From NCBI RefSeq assembly GCF_002113885.1, contig NW_018408566.1, positions 511,945-575,944 of the forward strand: a stretch of 64,000 bases of DNA. Reading direction: 5' to 3'. The stretch is from Mizuhopecten yessoensis (lineage: Eukaryota). Of this stretch, positions 39,641-53,735 are shown piece after piece (the stretch's first letter is position 1; every line of letters begins with the position of its first letter). The notes beneath the pieces are model-generated. The model made no database searches. It saw nothing but the letters and a program-made list of their open reading frames with translations, and was not told where the DNA came from. Both the position numbers and the translations under genes were made by a program.

Positions 39641-40158
39641 GACATTAATACAACGTAAATCATACTCAATTGGTTTCAATTGAACCAATACCGACATAAT
39701 CTATTATAGAGCAAATAATCATATGGACAAAAAACATAGGCAGATCATATGAACCTATTTATTTGTGTGCAGTCGTGTCTAATCTATAATATCGTGTAGA
39801 CAGGACGGACACAGCATACATGTACAAGTGCTCTATTTAAGATTTACATATACATGCATGTGTGTGTATACAACACAATGTGGTTAATATATATATGTAT
39901 TTCATACATACTATCTCCTATCAAGGCACGTTATCCGTGCTTCCACATATATGTTTAAAACAACAACTGGCTGACATGCTCGAGAATAAGTAAATGAAAT
40001 ATAATCAAGACATCTCCAAAAGCTAAAAAGCTTACAACGATGTATATTACAGCGAAAGATACAGCGAAAAAGGAAGGTAGGATGATAAGATAAATTAGAT
40101 GACGTTATCGATAAACGAATTCTGTATTTCTCGTATGTTAAAACGATATCTTACTTAC

Positions 40159-40263
40159 CTGCTCAATAAGTAGCGTACGCTTTCCATGTTTGGCTAAATG
40201 ATAGGCCGTGGAGCATCCCTCTATTCCAGCCCCTACGACGATAGTATCGTACACCTGTTCCAT
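40159..40263 (-). CDS. PIPOX: PIPOX copy B exon 1
   Basis: Translates [35 protein letters not shown] followed by a GTAAGT donor, at the same intron position as copy A exon 1. Confidence 0.88.
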
Positions 40264-43200
40264 CAGGAAGCGGTCGGGTGGTATGTTGATACAGAGTTCG
40301 CCCTCCACAACGTACACTATTGTTTATGCACAAGGTCAGTAACGGTAGCCACTGTAAACGACAACACACAGGTAAACACGTTGATTTGTCGTTGGAGCTT
40401 GTAAAGATAACAAAAATTTATCACATGACAGCGTAACGATAACCTTGACCGGCTTTTAAGTAGGTATTTGATAATCTAAACACTAGCTGCTTTGCATTGG
40501 TCATATGCAGATGAACTACATTGATGAAACAGCAGACAGACATTTCGTTCCAAAGTTATAATGACAGAGAGCTCAGGGACAAATGTCAAATCTTGAATAA
40601 TTGTCGCCTTTGTTGTATGAAGTTTGCGGTTATGGTTTTTACTCGGGTATATTTACAGTTAAACCGCGATACGATATCCTGCTCTAAAGGTTCCTAACAT
40701 AACAAGACTATACACAAAACTATTTAACAAAGGAAGACGTGCGTTATCCAGACACATACCATCCTGAAATAATCGGGGGGTAAAATACAAACACTACAAT
40801 GTATTCTTATACAGTTCCTTAGCAATGGAAAAAATGCGGCATCTGAAAGGAAAGGAATATGTTTGCAAATCACAAAAACAAAAGTACAGAAAACGCTTGT
40901 AAATCTTACCAAAAAACGTTTCAACACAATGGAAAAGATTATTAAAAAATACAATGGGAAGAAATCGGAAAAGAAATCAATAACTTAGTTAGCATCCATA
41001 CCGGTTTGTCAGATGAAGATCAGCAGTGCAAAACATATGTACAGCTTGAGTACGTTTGACATTGTTCATTACATTCTGTTAATTTCCAACACATTACTGC
41101 TGAAGAGGACAGCATTTCTTTAATATTCCAAAGGATTTACACTTTTTATTTAAAATCTGCTGCTCTTAGGTATGTCCATCATGCCATTCCTTTAACTTAT
41201 TTTATCTTTTTGTGACAATGTATATAACGCTATATTATCTAATGGTTTTCACCATTTTAACTCTCTCTCAATGTCAAGCTCGAACCTCCCTTTCATTTTT
41301 GGAAATTTCATTATAGTATCGCTTTTGTCAATAAAGTGTAATCTTCTTTGTCGTATTTAAAGTCTGAATAGAAAATAGAAAATGAATAGTAAAATAGAAT
41401 AATTTCCTGAAAATGTTACAATGTAAATTTATAAATTTCTAAAAATGAAAACATATTGCTCAAAAGAATATTCTAAAGAATAAATACCTGGAATCTATCA
41501 AAAAGTACCAAAACTTTCTTGAAATGAGGAGAAACCTGTCAGTTATCTTTTATAATCTGACTTATTTGATGAGGTGTTCCGTTTGGGATACCTGGAAGGC
41601 TAAACTTCCTAGTGAATATGACCCAACTATATTGGCCCGATTTTCCTCGTGCTGAAGAAATCTACTGTTTTACTTGAAAATTAAGTCCGATTACCTATAA
41701 AACAAATGTTGATGAAATATTACAGAAATACAGTATCACAAAGAAGCCGTGCACTCATCTTTGAAAGCTTTTGTTCGTACCATAGCTTCACCTCACAATG
41801 AAAACACTGAAATGCAAAATAATAACGACAACAAAATGAAGAATTGAAATATAAAAAGAACAGCATAGCAAAAGGAAGACATATTGTATCTTTTTATATT
41901 AACATTAAACTTGGCAGAGTTCCTTTAAGATAACTGTACGTAATATGATATATGCTAATTACAGCTAGAAATAGTTTTAAGAGGGAGGTAACTCGTGCAT
42001 ACCTACTACTTAAGTCAAATTTTGCAGCGTTTCTGAACAAATAAGGAATGTGATAATTGCAGTATGTCACCTCCCAGTGGATCGATAACGTTTTCCAGGT
42101 TGATATTTTTACAGAACAGTTGACAAAAATACAATCTTTAAATTTAATTTTCTGGTATAGAAAAACGCTCCTGTTGGTTAGTATTTATACAATACCCGGT
42201 AAACTATACATAATTTTTTCCGGTATCTTAAACAGTTTTGTCACGGATTCACTGAACGTTGTCTTTTATTTAACCAAGGTCATCTTCGATACTCCAGGGG
42301 TTACTCTCACTTTTGTTCTCTGCATCCCTAGAATATGTCAAAGCAAAATTGAAGGCACGCGCGGCTAGCTATGTAATTGGCCTCAGGTAAAAAAAAAAAA
42401 CGACCAGTTGCTAGGCTGTTACCTGTCCTTTAAAGATTACAGAGGACAGAAACTCGACTTCAAAACCGGTCAATGTTACCGTTTTGCGATAGCGAGATTC
42501 TTTTGACGTTCATCAAAGGCACAAGGTGGCGAGTTATATGTAAGCGCCTTCAATTTCGTTATGACATAATCCAGGGGTCGGATAGCGTAATTTTGCATAA
42601 CCCCTGGAGAATCGAGGATGAACCAATGTTTTACTATAACCACAACAATGACCCGTGATTATAAATCACAATAGGGCTGTTGTCAAGGGGACCCGATTGC
42701 TCCATATATATTTATTCTGTGTGCTGAAATTTAAGCTATAAAACTAAGAAACAATAATAAAATTAAGGGTATTGATGTTAATAACTGTCCTATACTTCTA
42801 TCACAATATGCGGATGACACTGCACTTGCACTTGATGGTACAGAAAGATCACTGCAGGAAGCTATTACTGAACTTAATTTCTATGCAAGTATATCAGGAT
42901 TAAAAATGAATATTTCAAAACCTCAAGTGGTTTGGATTGGCAATAATGTTTTTAGCTCAGATAAATTCCTTCCAGAACTTGACTTACAATGGGGTAGGGA
43001 AAACTTCACACTTCTTGGCATTGAATTTCACGTAAAAAACTAACAAAACTTAAATCACTTATCAGATCATGGAAAAGGAGAATATTAACACCAATTGGTA
43101 AAATAAACATAATAAAATAAATTTTGGTTTCACAATTTAATCATTTATTTATCTCGCTGCCAAATCCAGAGGGAAAGTTTCTTTGTAAACTGAATTCTAT

Positions 43201-44479
43201 ACTTTATGAGTTCTTATGGAACAGTAAAGTGGATAAAGTAAAAAGAGGAGTTGTTATTCAAGACTTCATTAATGGTGGGTTAAACATGATCAACATCAAA
43301 ACTTTTATAGACTCACTCAAATTAGGTTGGATTAGAAGATTATTTCAATGTACATCTAAATGGCAAGCAATTTTAAAAACATATGGCAAATTGAGGTTCA
43401 GATTATATAAAGCTATGTGAAAAAAATGTAAAAACAAGTTCTGGACTGATGTTTTGAAAGCTTGTAAAAAATGAGGTATAATTGAAGACCCCCTTATGGT
43501 TTAATGACAAAATTATTATTGATAGAAGGTCAATTTGCATTAAGGATTGGTATAAAAAAGGAGTTATTGATATAAAGGACCTGATTAAAGACTATAATTC
43601 TGGTTCCTTTTATACAGTTCAAGAATTCACTCAAACTTATCAAATAGAGACTAATTTTCTCCTATATCACAGTGTTCTTTCTGCAGTTAAACATTTCAAC
43701 TCTAATCCAGATTTTCCTAAATTAAGATTATTATGTCCTTTTATTCCTGTACACTTAGAACCATTCTTTAAAAAGTCTAAAGGTTCCAAACATTTTTATA
43801 GTATCTTGGTAAAAAATAACATCGTTCCATCAGGACAGAAGAAATGGAATAGAGTCTTTGATTTTAGTAACTTTTCTTGGCATCAGATGTTTAAGCTTCC
43901 CTTTGCTATAACTGCTAATACAAAATTTCAGTGGTTTCAGTATAGAATAAATCACCATATTCTGACAACAAATTCTTTCCTTTTTAAAACTCGAATAGTT
44001 GTATCTCCTATGTGTACACTTTGCAATTCTGAGATTGAAACTATTACCCATATTTTATGGGAATGTCAAGAGACTCAGAATCTTCTTATTAGTTTTGAAA
44101 CTCTTTTGGATGCACTCATCATTCCTTTTGATTTCAATAAAAATTCTTATTTATTTGGATTTCTTACACAAAATGTGAATGGTAGAATTGATAATGAGAT
44201 ACTCATTATGATTAAACAATATGTATATAAAATGCGTTGTCTTCATAGCTCCTTAAATATAAATGCATTGGTTAACACAATAAAAGACTACCATAATATA
44301 CAAAGATTTATAGCAAATAGCAAAGGGGAAACTCATAGAGAGAAGTTTGAAAAGGAATGGAAAAAATGGGAAAAACTTCTTGTTTTGTAAAAATAATATT
44401 CTGATAGCTGTCTCCTGGGCTTTGGAAATGAATTATAAAATCAATAATTTTCTTCTATTACACTTATCCATACATTCAT

Positions 44480-44503
44480 NNNNNNNNNNNNNNNNNNNNN
44501 NNN

Positions 44504-44548
<45 letters not shown>
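44480..44548. other. Assembly gap (N run) followed by (CT)n microsatellite
   Basis: Ns at 44480-44503, then (CT)n. Confidence 0.95.
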
Positions 44549-44550
<2 letters not shown>

Positions 44551-44819
44551 ATGATTCATGTATTTTTAGTTTACAGTTTTTAGTAGCTTTTCATTATTGT
44601 TTGCATTTCTATGAATCCATACTTGCTTGTTTGTGTTTGTGTATGTAAGATGGTGTGTATGGGTGGGTGTGAGTAAGGGCGATTGTGTATGGAAGACGGA
44701 TGTAGGGTAGAAAGATGATGTGTTGATGTAAAAATACACAAGTGTTAATGTTGTGATGCAACTGAAAAGATGCATGTACTTATAATATATGAAATCATTT
44801 CATCATACATGAATGAATG

Positions 44820-44842
44820 GAGGATGATGATGTTGATGATGA

Positions 44843-44890
<48 letters not shown>

Positions 44891-45010
44891 GATGATGATG
44901 ATGATGATGAGGATGATGGAGGTAATAACATCACAATGTATTTGAGATGATGATGATGAGGATGATGGAGGTAATAGCATCACAATGTATGTGAGATGAT
45001 GATGATGATG
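44820..45010. repeat. (GAT)n microsatellite with short duplicated block
   Basis: Long GAT runs; GATGGAGGTAATA.CATCACAATGTAT.TGAGATG occurs twice. Confidence 0.9.
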
Positions 45011-46164
45011 AAAATAAATTACAATAAATCAGTATAGTTTAATGTCGAATCCGTCAGAGAAAATACAACTGTTAAAGGCTCGTTCCTTTTACTCTGATAT
45101 AACTTCCTGTTTATGTGAATTGTGTTGATTTTAGCTCAGATATTGTCTTTTTGTGTTTTGTACTATTTCTATATTACAAATTTTGCATGAAAGATAAGCC
45201 AGCTGGACTTGTCTTTAAACAACTGACTATAACAACGACCGACACATTTCACGTTTCATAGATCCTTAAATATTAAAGAGGTTGTCAGTAATTTTTAATT
45301 ATCCGAACCTAAGATGTCATACACGTGTAAACATGCATTCCTGAAGTATTTTCCTATCATTATCATTATTTTAGTAATCTCGTGCATTAAAGTCACGTAC
45401 TGTAGTTACACCTACGTTAACCTAGACTGTTCCTACATTGTTTGTCGGTGTTTCTCACTGACCCCACAGATACATTGTTCACTGTATCACAAAAGAAGAC
45501 TTCAATGTGCTGTCAAAACAAATATTTCAATACCGTTTAATCTTTTGTTGTTCCCCGTGTGCGACAATGCTGCAAAGGCGCAGTGCAACACATCAAAAGT
45601 TAACAGGCGGATGCCATTTATGGTGCAGCGCTTTTGTTCTTCTTACATGCTAGTTCTATGGAGATGTTTTCTATAATGATTACTTTGGTGTGTCTGGTAC
45701 TACCGGTCAGGTACGGAACACGACATGTATTGCATGGTTTCCGCGGCTGTTTCTTCATGGTCCCAACAGAAACATTGTGTTTAGAACATCACAGTAAAAT
45801 TACCATGCTCAAATTAAAGGTAAGCGAGTCATAGGAATTTACCATCAAATGATTTAGCTTGTGGACTATTATTGGTAGAAAAACCTGTTTGAAGAATGAA
45901 ATTTAAGAATTAGGTGAAACAAAATACATCAGCGTCCATATAAATACACATACTTGAGCAAATTTTACCACAGCGTCAATACAATGGTAAACTAAATTAA
46001 AGCTGTCAATACAAACGGAAAAAAGACAACAGCGTCAGTAGAGACGATATACCAAAGTATCCATACATAAGGCCACAATAAAACACAGTGTCAAAACGTA
46101 AGGATAGAATATACGACAGCCTTACAAGTACACAGTATACCACAGCGTCAATACAGAGTAATAG

Positions 46165-47845
46165 AATAGACCATAACGTCAACATACAATGATAAAATAC
46201 ATCCTAACGTTCAAACACAATGATAAAATACACCATAACGTCAACATACAATGATAAAATACATCCTAACGTCAACATACAATGATAAAATACACCATAA
46301 CGTCAACATACAATGATAAAATACATCCTAACGTTCACACACAATGATAAAATACACCATAACGTCAACATACAATGATAAAATACTTACTAACGTTCGC
46401 ACACAATGATAAAATACACCATAACGTCAACATACAATGATAAAATACAACATAACGTCAACATACAATGATAAAATACACCATAACGTTCACACACAAT
46501 GATAAAATACAACATAACATCTACACACAATGATAAAATACAACATAACATCAACATACAATGATAAAATACACCATAACATCTACACACAATGATAAAA
46601 TACAACATAACGTCAACATACAATGATAAAATACACCATAACGTCAACATACAATGATAAAATACACCATAACGTCAACACACAATGATAAAATACAACA
46701 TAACGTCAACACACAATGATAAAATACATCCTAACGTTCACACACAATGATAAAATACACCATAACGTCAACATACAATGATAAAATACAACATAACGTC
46801 AACATACAATGATAAAATACAACATAACGTCAACATACAATGATAAAATACAACATAACGTCAACACACAATGATAAAATACATCCTTACGTCAACATAC
46901 AATGATAAAATACACCATAATGTCAACATACAATGATAAAATACATCCTAACGTCAACATACAATGATAAAATACACCATAATGTCAACATACAATGATA
47001 AAATACACCATAACATCTACACACAATAATAAAATACACCATAACGTCAACATACACTGATAAAATACACCATAACATCTACACACAATAATAAAATACA
47101 CCATATGATAAAATACACCATAACATCTACACACAATAATAAAATACACCATAACGTCAACATACAATGTTAAAATACACCATAACATCTACACACAATA
47201 ATAAAATACACCATAACGTCAACATACAAGGAAAAAATACACCATAAAGTCGACATACAATGATAAAATAAATCCTGACGTCAACACACAATGATAAAAT
47301 ACAACATAACATCAACATACAATGATAAAATACACCATAATGTCAACATACAATTATAAAATACATCCTAACGTCAACATACAATGATAAAATACAACAT
47401 AACGTCAACGCACAATGATAAAATACATCCTTACGTAAACATACAATGATAAAATACACCATAATGTCGACATACAATGATAAAATAAATCCTGACGTCA
47501 ACACACAATGATAAAATACAACATAACATCAACATACAATGATAAAATACACCATAATGTCAACATACAATTATAAAATACATCCTAACGTCAACATACA
47601 ATGATAAAATAAACCATAACATCTACACACAATGATAAAATACAACATAACATCAACATACAATGATAAAATACACCATAATGTCGACATACAATGATAA
47701 AATAAATCCTGACGTCAACACACAATGATAAAATACATCCTTACGTAAACATACAATGATAAAATACACCATAATGTCCACATACAATGATAAAATAAAT
47801 CCTAACGTTAACACACAATGATAAAATACACCATAACATCTACAC
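46165..47845. repeat. Satellite, 31-bp unit, about 54 copies, with degenerate flanks (about 45900-48400)
   Basis: Repeated unit CCATAACGTCAACATACAATGATAAAATACA; ORF-track peptides repeat every 31 aa. Confidence 0.95.
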
Positions 47846-50800
47846 ACAATGATAAAATATATCACAGCGGTTATACAAAAAGGGCACAGTATACCTCAGC
47901 GTCAATGCATAATGATAAAATAGACCATATCGTCATTACACAATTTTGAATTATGCTGCAACGTCAACACACAATGTTTAAAACACATCATAACGTCAAC
48001 ACAATTATAAAATATGCTACAACGTCAACACAAAATTAGAAAATATATCATAACGTCAACACACAATGAGAAAATATACCATAATGTCAACACACAATGA
48101 GAAAATATACCATAATGTCAACACACATTAAGAAAACATAATTCAACGTTCACACACAAGTATAAAATGTACCTCAATGCAAATATAAAAGGATAAAATA
48201 TACTACAACGCCTACAAAAGAAAAACAAATATCGCAGCGGAAAGAAAAAAGAATAAAATGTATCACACCGTCGCGTCGATACACAAGTTCAAAATATACC
48301 ACAAGTACAATACACAAGGATAAAATATACCGTAGTATGGCGTCAGTACACAAGTATCAGATATACCACAACGTCAATAAACATGGATACACTAGACAAA
48401 AACGGTAATACGCAAATACTAACATTTGCTCTGCATTGCCTCTATATAACACTACCAAGGCCAGTTCCGTGTTATGAGACCATAACACAGGCGTAATGAT
48501 ATATCCACGGGACCGACTTACTACCGGATAGCTATTCCCCTCCGCACTAGCAAGTAGATTAGCAAAACACCTCACTACGATTAAATAATATTCACCGTGT
48601 TATGTACGACTATTATAAAATGTGAATTGAATATATTGAAAAGTCACGAGACAACATTCCGTGAGCAATTCCATGGGCTGTTCTACGTCTTGAACAAACA
48701 CCGCGAAATTCGAATTTAAAAGTGTGATGTAAACTTAGAAATGAAAAAAAATAAATAAAAAAAAATGTAGATATAAGCATAAAACAACATTCTGTTCCGT
48801 GATAGGTTCCTATAACATGGAACAGAATGATGTTTAGTGCTTAATATAAAATCAGAAATCACAATCATTACGAAATGACAACCACGGATGATGAAACGGT
48901 TGTGTTCAATTAGGGAACGGACTATTATTGTTAAATTGAAAAATTCTTGTATGAAACCATAAATTATGGTGTATTCGTGAAAATGTTAAAAAGTATGAAG
49001 AAATAAATATTCAGTGTATGTTTGATACAAATAATATACTGGTTAAGGTCAGTTCATAAAAGGCAAACAATTGTTCGTCCGAGCTGGTAAAAAAATAAAA
49101 CGAAAATGAAAATCTCAAATTATCAAAATGTCTAAGGCTATTGAATTTCCTTTTAATAAAACAATGCATTTAGCAACATGTTGAGGCATGTGAACTCGTA
49201 TGACTCAGAACAACCCATTATATCATTGTTGCCCGCAACGATTGTGCCGGGATACTGATCTATATGTAGTGACACTTACTATACATAATGCATAAACCCA
49301 TACATCATCAACTAGTTCGGGCTGATAATAGCACCACGTCGCGAGAAAATACAAATATATAAATATCCCAGGCTCCTTGGTCACCAGATTCAGTTGTGTT
49401 GATATTACTAACCAAATGATGATTTACAGGTGTGGGTCACAGGCAATAACAGGTGTGGGTCACAGACAATCACGGAGCCTTATTACAGCTATATAGATGT
49501 GTGGAATATATCATTGATATTATCCAGCGGATCCCTTTTATAAAACAGACAATATCGTGTTGGTGTGAACAAAGAGAACTGTGTTCAGATGCTGGATAAA
49601 AGCTCACATAGTGCCTGTGTACCTAGTGGCATTTACTCCCAACAGCTGATGATACCAAGGATATTGTAGAGTTTTAAGAAAATCCAGAGAAATACTTCAT
49701 CATTTGACGGTAAGACAAGCACAAGTGAACTTTCCTGAAATCATGCATTCAACGAGACATACAAACACTTGTCATAATGTGCTATTTATGGTATTGTATA
49801 TTACAAAAACACCTCCTTGTCTCAAGTTGGACTATATGTGCCCATACCTCTTTAACTTATCTTGCGTCATTAGTGTGTGAAAGAAATAGAACTGAAATGT
49901 AGGACACCATATTCAAATTCTTTCCTTTTGTACACAAGTTAAATGACTTTTGATAACAACGTGGCACAATTGTGTATTCCTCGCCGATGAATAGTGACAA
50001 GGCTTATTTCAAAACAACACACATACTGTTGATGTGAAAATATGTATAAACCTATCAATACTCAGTATTTCATCTACATAATTGCTGAACAAGTGTTGTC
50101 TGTGTGTTGTGTACTAAAATACCACATTTTACAGCAAACTGTAATCTTATCATCCCTAATTGATACAGCCAGTTCACATCAACCTCAACTCCACGCCATA
50201 ATGACTCGTTGACTGTCATGCCCCCAAGGTAAGCTTGTAACTGGAACTTAGTCTGGCACGGTAAACAGGAAATGCTACTTTAAGTATATATGAATTGTCC
50301 TTTCGAAATGTTTAACGTTATAGGGGTTTTATGGACACCTCTTCCCAACGCCGACTTCCTACATGTTTCAGAACACTTTTTACATGCATTTTCATACTTT
50401 ACATATTTGTGGTACACGGCTGAAACCGAATTGAACAAAATGGCCATATGATGCAGGAGCACTTTTTTTCGCATTTCACATCGGCATACATGCACTAAAT
50501 TTATAAATGGATGTCTCCTTCTTCGTATTTCTAGTTTGTATTAGATAGGCTGTTTATACCAGCCTTAACTCTGAAATACTTCTTTATCATTATAATAGCA
50601 ATACTTATATAAATGAAACGTCAATATTATGATAAAATCACTAGTAGACAAACAGCACCATCCGGCATATATATGTATATTAGAGTTACAATGAAATAGC
50701 GAAAAGATGAAGAAATCTACTGATATCAACTGAAACGTCTAATATCATTAAATACAATATCGCGGTATAAGTTCTAATAAGAAAATATAATACGGTTCTA

Positions 50801-52534
50801 TTGAGAAACACTAAAAACTGAATATTTGTAAAAACAACTAATTGGAAAAACAATCAATAATAGCAATGCTTTCAAAAAAATCTTTTAACAAATAATATTT
50901 AAAAACCTAAAATACGTACCGAATTGCATTTTTTGAAGATATGATCAATATAGAATGACATGCATGAGTCAATTTCTAATTTCTTATCAGATGTCTTATG
51001 TACGGTCAATCTAATCTAGCCCCGTCACTTACATTGTATTAATACTCTTTGAAAAATATCCAAAAGACGTTTTTTTTTCGATAATTTGTTTTATAGATGA
51101 AAAGAGCAACTAAAACCTGCTAATATCAAATCACATACGAAAGTTATAATGTATAACCATATCTATATCATTTGAATGATTTTATATAATACTTCTTGTC
51201 AACTAATCGCCAGTTCCCTTCTTACTGGACTTGATAATGTTCTTATGTATCCGATACGGGGTTATACCAATACAAAGCACACAGAACACATTTTCATTAG
51301 ACATCAATAATAAGGATGTGTGGGTAGAATACAGCAACTAAACACCAATTATCCTTCAGACTTATCAAGGAGATCGATCCTTATTTAAGCCGTCAGGTTA
51401 CTGTTATGTGTTTTAATGTCGGTAATCCCAGCCTATTAGCCATGATCGTTGGCCAATCACACATCCTTCAAAAACGATTTGACGTTAATTGGTGTCAATG
51501 AGGGAATATTTACTCCGTATCAGCACGTATTTATGACGTCCCACACTAAACTGGTTGGAAAATGATATAAATGTCAGTTCCATGTGCGATTGTTCTCAAT
51601 CAATATTTATGTGACACGTGACAGATACACCAGTTTTGGAGAAACACGGGCTATTTTTTGCTTTTATGACAACAGAACTCCTCTGAAAATCTAGTTGAAT
51701 AGTCACAGCATCGTGTCGAAAAAATGTACCCTGTCGTCAATATACCAGGACAAATCATAAACGCTCTTAATCAATACATAACAAAGTGGAGAAACCAAAA
51801 TCAAAGGCAATGTACATAAAGTTTCCCATAAAAATTGGAAACGGAAGTATGTAGGTTAGAATGGTAAGTTTTTCCTGCCATACGTCATAAGTCATGGTAT
51901 TTTGTTTGATTGTTTCCAGATCAAGGTGTCTTTTATATCGATCAGCCGTAGGTACATCCTAGAAACCAGTCAAACAGAATTGGTTGTTCGTTCTTATAGA
52001 AATAGGATACCAATCACGTTCAACATACAATATTTCACATGTACAACCTAGCTAGGCCAATAGTAACTGTATTGAAAGACAGGGTTCCGAATGCTCATAA
52101 TATACGACACGACATCATTATTGTCTCTCTTTTCGATTTCCTCCACTCCTTTGATGATTGTTTCATGCTGCTCCTAGTTGTCCTAGGTACACATAGATGA
52201 TGTAAGGGATTCATTTATGTAAATACAACCTCTCATGAATGACAACGGTATACATAGTTATATTTTATTAAAGTTGTAAACTTAGACCATTACATTATTA
52301 TATAATTATCTGTATATATAAGGTATTAACTTAAAACACTGCTGTATTACATAGGTAAATATGTTTAGGGTGTATTTATTGAGGGTAAAGACTAAAATAA
52401 TTACATTATTACATACTTAAATTTATATATATATCAGGTATGAACTTAAATCACTGCATTATTTCATAGTTTCATCAACATAGATCGCCACAGTATCAGA
52501 GAATTTTATTTATATAGGTGTTAACTTACAAAGT

Positions 52535-53050
52535 TAATCATAGCTTTCCCTTTCCTGGTATTAACATCCCTGTTTCCCCAAACTACAGTGCTTATGTATG
52601 TTGCAGCCGATTTGGTATTCAAGAGCTTCCTCAATATATCGTTAATTCCTTGATAGGTGTCAACTACTGACGGACAAACTTACAATACAATGTTTTCAAA
52701 GTTGCAGGTTGATGAAGACTAAGAGCAAGTTTAATGGTATCCATCATGATCCCATAGGGCAATATGTAATGTGATAATGCTAAATATTGTCCATTGTGGT
52801 TTTGTTGTCACTACACCACGTCTTGGTTTGAGGACACAACATTACTAACGTTTTACCTAGACTTATATTGCGGGTTTCGTCGATGAAACAGAAGACGCTT
52901 ACCCTTCAGGAAGACCTGGTCTTAATATCTTTGTATTATTTCAAGGGTCTCCATCTAGATGTTCATTTTGTTCATATTTTGCCCTGGATTTATCGATTTT
53001 AAGCTCGAATTATGGTTTTGTTGTCATTTCTGTGTTCTCTTGTTGTTTTG
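52535..53050 (+). mobile_element. Penelope-like RT C-terminal fragment plus 3' region
   Basis: SFPFPGINIPVSPNYSAYV...FLDRCQLLTDKL...KFNGIHHD, followed by CAGAAGACGCTTACCCTTCAGGAAGACCTGG. Confidence 0.65.
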
Positions 53051-53484
53051 TTTTGTGATAAGATGTTAATTTCAGTCACAACGGTATTACAGAATAATAT
53101 CTATATCGGATGATATACTTTAAACTTAAACCGCTGCGATTTGACATAGCTTTATTTGCATTATTCTTAATGGTGGAACAGAGTTATATCAGTTTTAAAC
53201 ATAAATCACAACATTATCACATAGTTTACTTATATACAATATAGAGTATTAAATTAGATCACTACATCACATAGGTTATATTTATAAACTATGTAGACTT
53301 AAATATCTACTTAATCGCATATACTAGTATAGTTATATGTATATGCAGTGGACACTTCAATCACTGTATTATAACATATAATATAGTTACATTTTTATAG
53401 ATTGTCAACTTCAACCACTATTAAATTCAAAATGTTACTTACAACGAATTTCTACATCAGTAATTCGGTGTAATTACATTAATT

Positions 53485-53735
53485 AGTTTGGCTTAGTTTT
53501 ATCGGGTTTAACGCCCTACCACAGCTAGGGTCATTTAAGGGCTCGCGTCCATGTGTGTGGTGTAAGCATGCACGCTGTTGTAATTGCCTCCTTGCGATAG
53601 CGCGGTTCTGATGCCTTCTTTATAGTGCTACCTCACTGAAAGGCATCCAGCACAGCATTCCGCCCGGTCAAATTATACTGACAACGGGTGAACCAGTTGT
53701 TGCCATTACCATACATGCTGAACGTTAAGCAGTCA
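53485..53735 (-). mobile_element. 5'-truncated SINE with Meta-like central domain
   Basis: Minus strand ACTGGTTCACCCGTTGTCAGTATAATTTGACCGGG...CAGTGAGGTAGCACTATAAAG and tail CCTTAAATGACCCTAGCTGT...GCGTTAAA. The family assignment is from memory. Confidence 0.55.

Larger units (their letters stand above)
35094..40263 (-). pseudogene. PIPOX: PIPOX copy B as assembled: internally deleted (exons 2-4 and most of exon 5 missing)
   Basis: Only the 3' end of exon 5 (EYPGLFK plus GT donor, 39446-39426) is recognisable. About 710 bp separate it from exon 1, and no exon 2-4 motifs are visible there. Confidence 0.7.
42660..45025 (+). mobile_element. 5'-truncated L1/Tx1-clade LINE (RT, C-terminal Zn knuckle, microsatellite-containing 3' region)
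   Basis: RGCCQGDPIAPYIFILCAE, IKGI, SQYADDT, GGLNM, PLWFN, FQYRINHHILTTN and CTLC...ETITHILWEC, with frameshifts and stops. The 3' extent beyond the assembly gap is uncertain. Confidence 0.88.

Noticed and set aside
44795-44983. Poly-His/Ser/Ile ORF
   Set aside because: It is the reverse complement of the (GAT)n microsatellite.
46390-47865. Hydrophobic Cys/Tyr-rich ORFs on the minus strand
   Set aside because: These are translations of the 31-bp satellite cycling through frames.
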